DNA from: an uncultured Candidatus Entotheonella sp. | GTDB taxonomy: Bacteria; Tectomicrobia; Entotheonellia; Entotheonellales; Entotheonellaceae | Direction of reading: 5' to 3' | NCBI GenBank assembly: GCA_965217185.1 | Contig: OZ244252.1 | Span: 3,168,001-3,232,000 of the forward strand | DNA length: 64,000 bases | Shown here: one piece after another, positions 61,557 to 64,000 of the stretch | How positions within the stretch are numbered: the stretch's first letter is position 1 | How the letters are laid out: each line of letters opens with the position of its first letter | Position numbers and translations under genes: made by a program | The notes under the pieces: model-generated | What the model saw: only the letters and a program-made list of their open reading frames with translations | Told to the model about the DNA's origin: nothing | Databases searched by the model: none

Positions 61557-62639
61557 ATGAAACAAATTCAACCTGAAAAGGACCTGCCCATGGAGGCGGC
61601 GAGCAGTATCCGGCAGCGCCTGCTCAAGCTGCTGCCCTGGGTCATCACCCTGGCGATCTTCATCATTATTTTCCGCCGCGTTCCCGTTCCCGAGCTGCTG
61701 GAAGCCCTGCAACAAGCCCGCCTGCTGCCCTACTTGGCGCTGATGGCGCCGTACAGCATGATCTATTGCCTGATCGACACTTTCGTGCTCACGCAAGCCG
61801 TCACGTGGTTCCACCAGCCGGTACGCTACACCCGCATCCTGCCGGTGCGGGCGGCGGCGTATATTCTGTCGCTGCTCAACCCCGGCCTCGGGCAGGGCGG
61901 CACGGCGTTATACTTACACCGCCGTGAGGGCATGCCGTTTCTCGAAATGGTCGGGACCATTGTGTTCCTGGTGGTTATCGAATTCGGCCAACTGGCCCTG
62001 TACGCCACTATCGGCATCTTCATCGTGCAACCGCAGCTCGCCGCCATCTTCGCGCCGTTCTACATCGTCTTCATCGCCGCGTTCGCCATCGCATTGACCT
62101 ACGTCCGGCACGGCTTCTCGCCGCTCGTGCGGGTACTTCGGGCAGTGGCCCGCCTGGCGGGCCGCGAAATCAGCTTCACCCCCCGGCCTGGCGGGCCGCG
62201 CGCCCGGATTCTGCACACCTTGCAAAATGCCGGCGTCCGTCACTACCTGCTGGCACTGCTCTACAAAGCACCCAGCTTTTTTCTCGCCGTCTTGGTGCAC
62301 TACCTGGCGGTGCAGCAGTTCGGCGTGCAGATACCGTTTCTGGCGCTGCTGGCCTTCCTGCCAGTGGTGTTTCTTGCCGCCTCGCTGCCCATCACGGTAG
62401 CGCATCTCGGTACCTCGCAGGCCGCTTGGCTGTTTTTCTTTTCGGCGTACGGCGCCGAGGCCCGACTGCTGGCCTACAGCCTGGCCGCCCATTTTACCTT
62501 CATGATGCTGAACAGCCTGATCGGCTTATGTTTTCTGCGACAGGCCCTGAAAGCCCCGCCCAAGCCACAACAGGAGCAACCGCTCCAGCCCCGATACGAA
62601 GGCCACCCCCATCACGGCAACGAGAGCAGCCTGCCCTAG
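61557..62639 (+). CDS. Lysylphosphatidylglycerol-synthase-TM / flippase-like membrane protein
   Basis: Multi-TM; LPITVAHLGTSQAAW resembles the family P...G.G..E motif. Confidence 0.7.
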   Translation: MKQIQPEKDLPMEAASSIRQRLLKLLPWVITLAIFIIIFRRVPVPELLEALQQARLLPYLALMAPYSMIYCLIDTFVLTQAVTWFHQPVRYTRILPVRAAAYILSLLNPGLGQGGTALYLHRREGMPFLEMVGTIVFLVVIEFGQLALYATIGIFIVQPQLAAIFAPFYIVFIAAFAIALTYVRHGFSPLVRVLRAVARLAGREISFTPRPGGPRARILHTLQNAGVRHYLLALLYKAPSFFLAVLVHYLAVQQFGVQIPFLALLAFLPVVFLAASLPITVAHLGTSQAAWLFFFSAYGAEARLLAYSLAAHFTFMMLNSLIGLCFLRQALKAPPKPQQEQPLQPRYEGHPHHGNESSLP

Positions 62640-63161
62640 CGGCCGCGGCATGAGCGACAGGCCCAGCGCCGGCTGGGCCATCACCCCGCCGACAGCCGCA
62701 TAGTTCAGGATGCCGCCGACATGGCCCAGCCGGCTGCCGAGCAAACGGCGCTGCCGTCCGAGTTCGCCGCTGCGCCACCAGGAATCAAAGGCGTACAGCC
62801 CGAAGGCCCAGGCAATAGCCGCCGGCAGCCACCAGGTGACCCAGCCCCAGGCCGCAAACCAGCCGAGCGCGAACAGGATGAAGAAAATATCGGCGCCGTG
62901 ATCCAGGAAGCGCCCGAAGACGCTGGTGCATTGGAAGCGGCGGGCCAGCCAGCCGTCCAGCACGTCGCTGCTGACGATGGCCACGAACAGCAGCACCGCG
63001 CTCCAGCGTGCCGTCGGTGTGCCGACCGCCGCCGCGCGGTGGCAACAGAACACGAACGCCGGCGCGCCCGCCACGCGGGTCAGGGTGACCAGATTGGGCC
63101 AAGTGAACAAGAGGGGCACCAGCTTCCTCAAGGCGTCCGCCAATTTCTTCATGCGGCGCAT
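62526..63161 (-). CDS. CDP-alcohol phosphatidyltransferase family
   Basis: PNLVTLTR and DVLDGWLARR…FGRFLDHGAD signature. Confidence 0.9.
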   Translation of the reverse strand: MRRMKKLADALRKLVPLLFTWPNLVTLTRVAGAPAFVFCCHRAAAVGTPTARWSAVLLFVAIVSSDVLDGWLARRFQCTSVFGRFLDHGADIFFILFALGWFAAWGWVTWWLPAAIAWAFGLYAFDSWWRSGELGRQRRLLGSRLGHVGGILNYAAVGGVMAQPALGLSLMPRPLGQAALVAVMGVAFVSGLERLLLLWLGRGFQGLSQKT

Positions 63162-63250
63162 GTATGGTACAATCCACGCCACATTCTGACCGCCTTGGCT
63201 ATATAGAACAACTTGATTACGAGCGGCTTGCCGCCGGGAGAGAGACGCTG

Positions 63251-64000
63251 ATGCAAGACCCTGTAGCAGGCTTGGTTTCCTTTGTCATCATGCTCTACGT
63301 CGCCCTGCTTTTCGTGCGCCAGTTCGCGGACGAGAGCGAGCGCTACGACGCTGTGCTGGGCATGATCTTCCGGGCCACCGATCCGGTGGTCAGCCCGGTG
63401 CAAAACGCCCTTCCATCCGGCAATGCCCATCTCGCCCCCGCGCTCGTGCTGACGGCCCTGCTCCTGCTTCAGGGGATTCTCATCGGGTCCATTCCCTACG
63501 CGATCAAACAGTTCGCCGGCAAGCTGCTGCAGCTGTACGTGCTCATCCTCATCATTACCGCCTTCCGCGAGTATTACACCAACCCAATCGCCAACTTCTG
63601 TCAGCGGATCGTCAGTCCGGTGCGCACGCTGGCGGCCGGCGTGTCGCAGCACGTGCAGACGGTGAATCTGCTGTCGGCGGCAGGGCTGGTGCTGGTCCAC
63701 AGCATGGTGGTGGTCGTGCTCAATGGCCTCATGGTGGAGGGGTTCGACGATTCCGCGCCGTTCCTGGACGCCTTTATCGGCAGCGGGGCAGAGCCGGGCA
63801 GCCTGTTGCTGATCCTCAACCTGGCGCAGTTCTTTACCTACGCGATCATCGCCAACGCCCTGCTGTCCTGGGTCAGCCCTAACCCGCTCAACCCCATCGT
63901 GCAGTTGCTGACGCTCGTCGCCCTGCCGATCATGGAACCGATTCGCCGCGTCATCCCGCGGCTCGGTGGTGCCATCGACATTTCGCCCATCATCGCCATC
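63251..64000 (+). CDS. yggT: YggT family membrane protein with tandem YggT repeats, truncated by the window edge
   Basis: Manual translation from ATG 63251: …RATDPVVSPVQ…CQRIVSPVR…ALLSWVSPNPLNPIVQLL…PIMEPIRRVIP..GAIDISPII. Confidence 0.8.
   Translation, partial: MQDPVAGLVSFVIMLYVALLFVRQFADESERYDAVLGMIFRATDPVVSPVQNALPSGNAHLAPALVLTALLLLQGILIGSIPYAIKQFAGKLLQLYVLILIITAFREYYTNPIANFCQRIVSPVRTLAAGVSQHVQTVNLLSAAGLVLVHSMVVVVLNGLMVEGFDDSAPFLDAFIGSGAEPGSLLLILNLAQFFTYAIIANALLSWVSPNPLNPIVQLLTLVALPIMEPIRRVIPRLGGAIDISPIIAI

Overview
GC-rich bacterial window from a diderm (kdsB present). The eukaryote-like surface protein suggests a host-associated, possibly sponge-associated, organism; that is inference. 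Most of the window is housekeeping and metabolic genes: ugd, ampG, rnd, glycerate kinase, phospho-sugar mutase, larA/larC, hslO, rmuC, kdsB, glnS-gltX-rnz, thiolase, Kef-type antiporter, uppS, a split glnE and yggT. The main accessory segment is about 23.3-31.7 kb. Two direct-repeat copies of a small TIR-bounded MITE-like element bracket a cluster of REP-like palindromes and a ~5.7 kb frameshifted giant surface-protein gene (FN3, LRR, cadherin, SRCR, RTX) preceded by a (CGGCT)32 microsatellite. The best-supported discovery is a 760-nt ORF-less group II intron (23341-24100) inserted precisely into the left terminal repeat of the first MITE copy. The intact second copy shows the empty site, and the intron carries EBS1/EBS2-like sequences complementary to that site. 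Other accessory items are a lower-GC DUF262 + HEPN gene pair, an intact 1496-bp IS with a 4-bp target duplication, a solo MmeI-like restriction-modification gene and a hicB-hicA module. No rRNA, tRNA or CRISPR array was recognised. All family assignments come from reading motifs by eye; no database searches were run.
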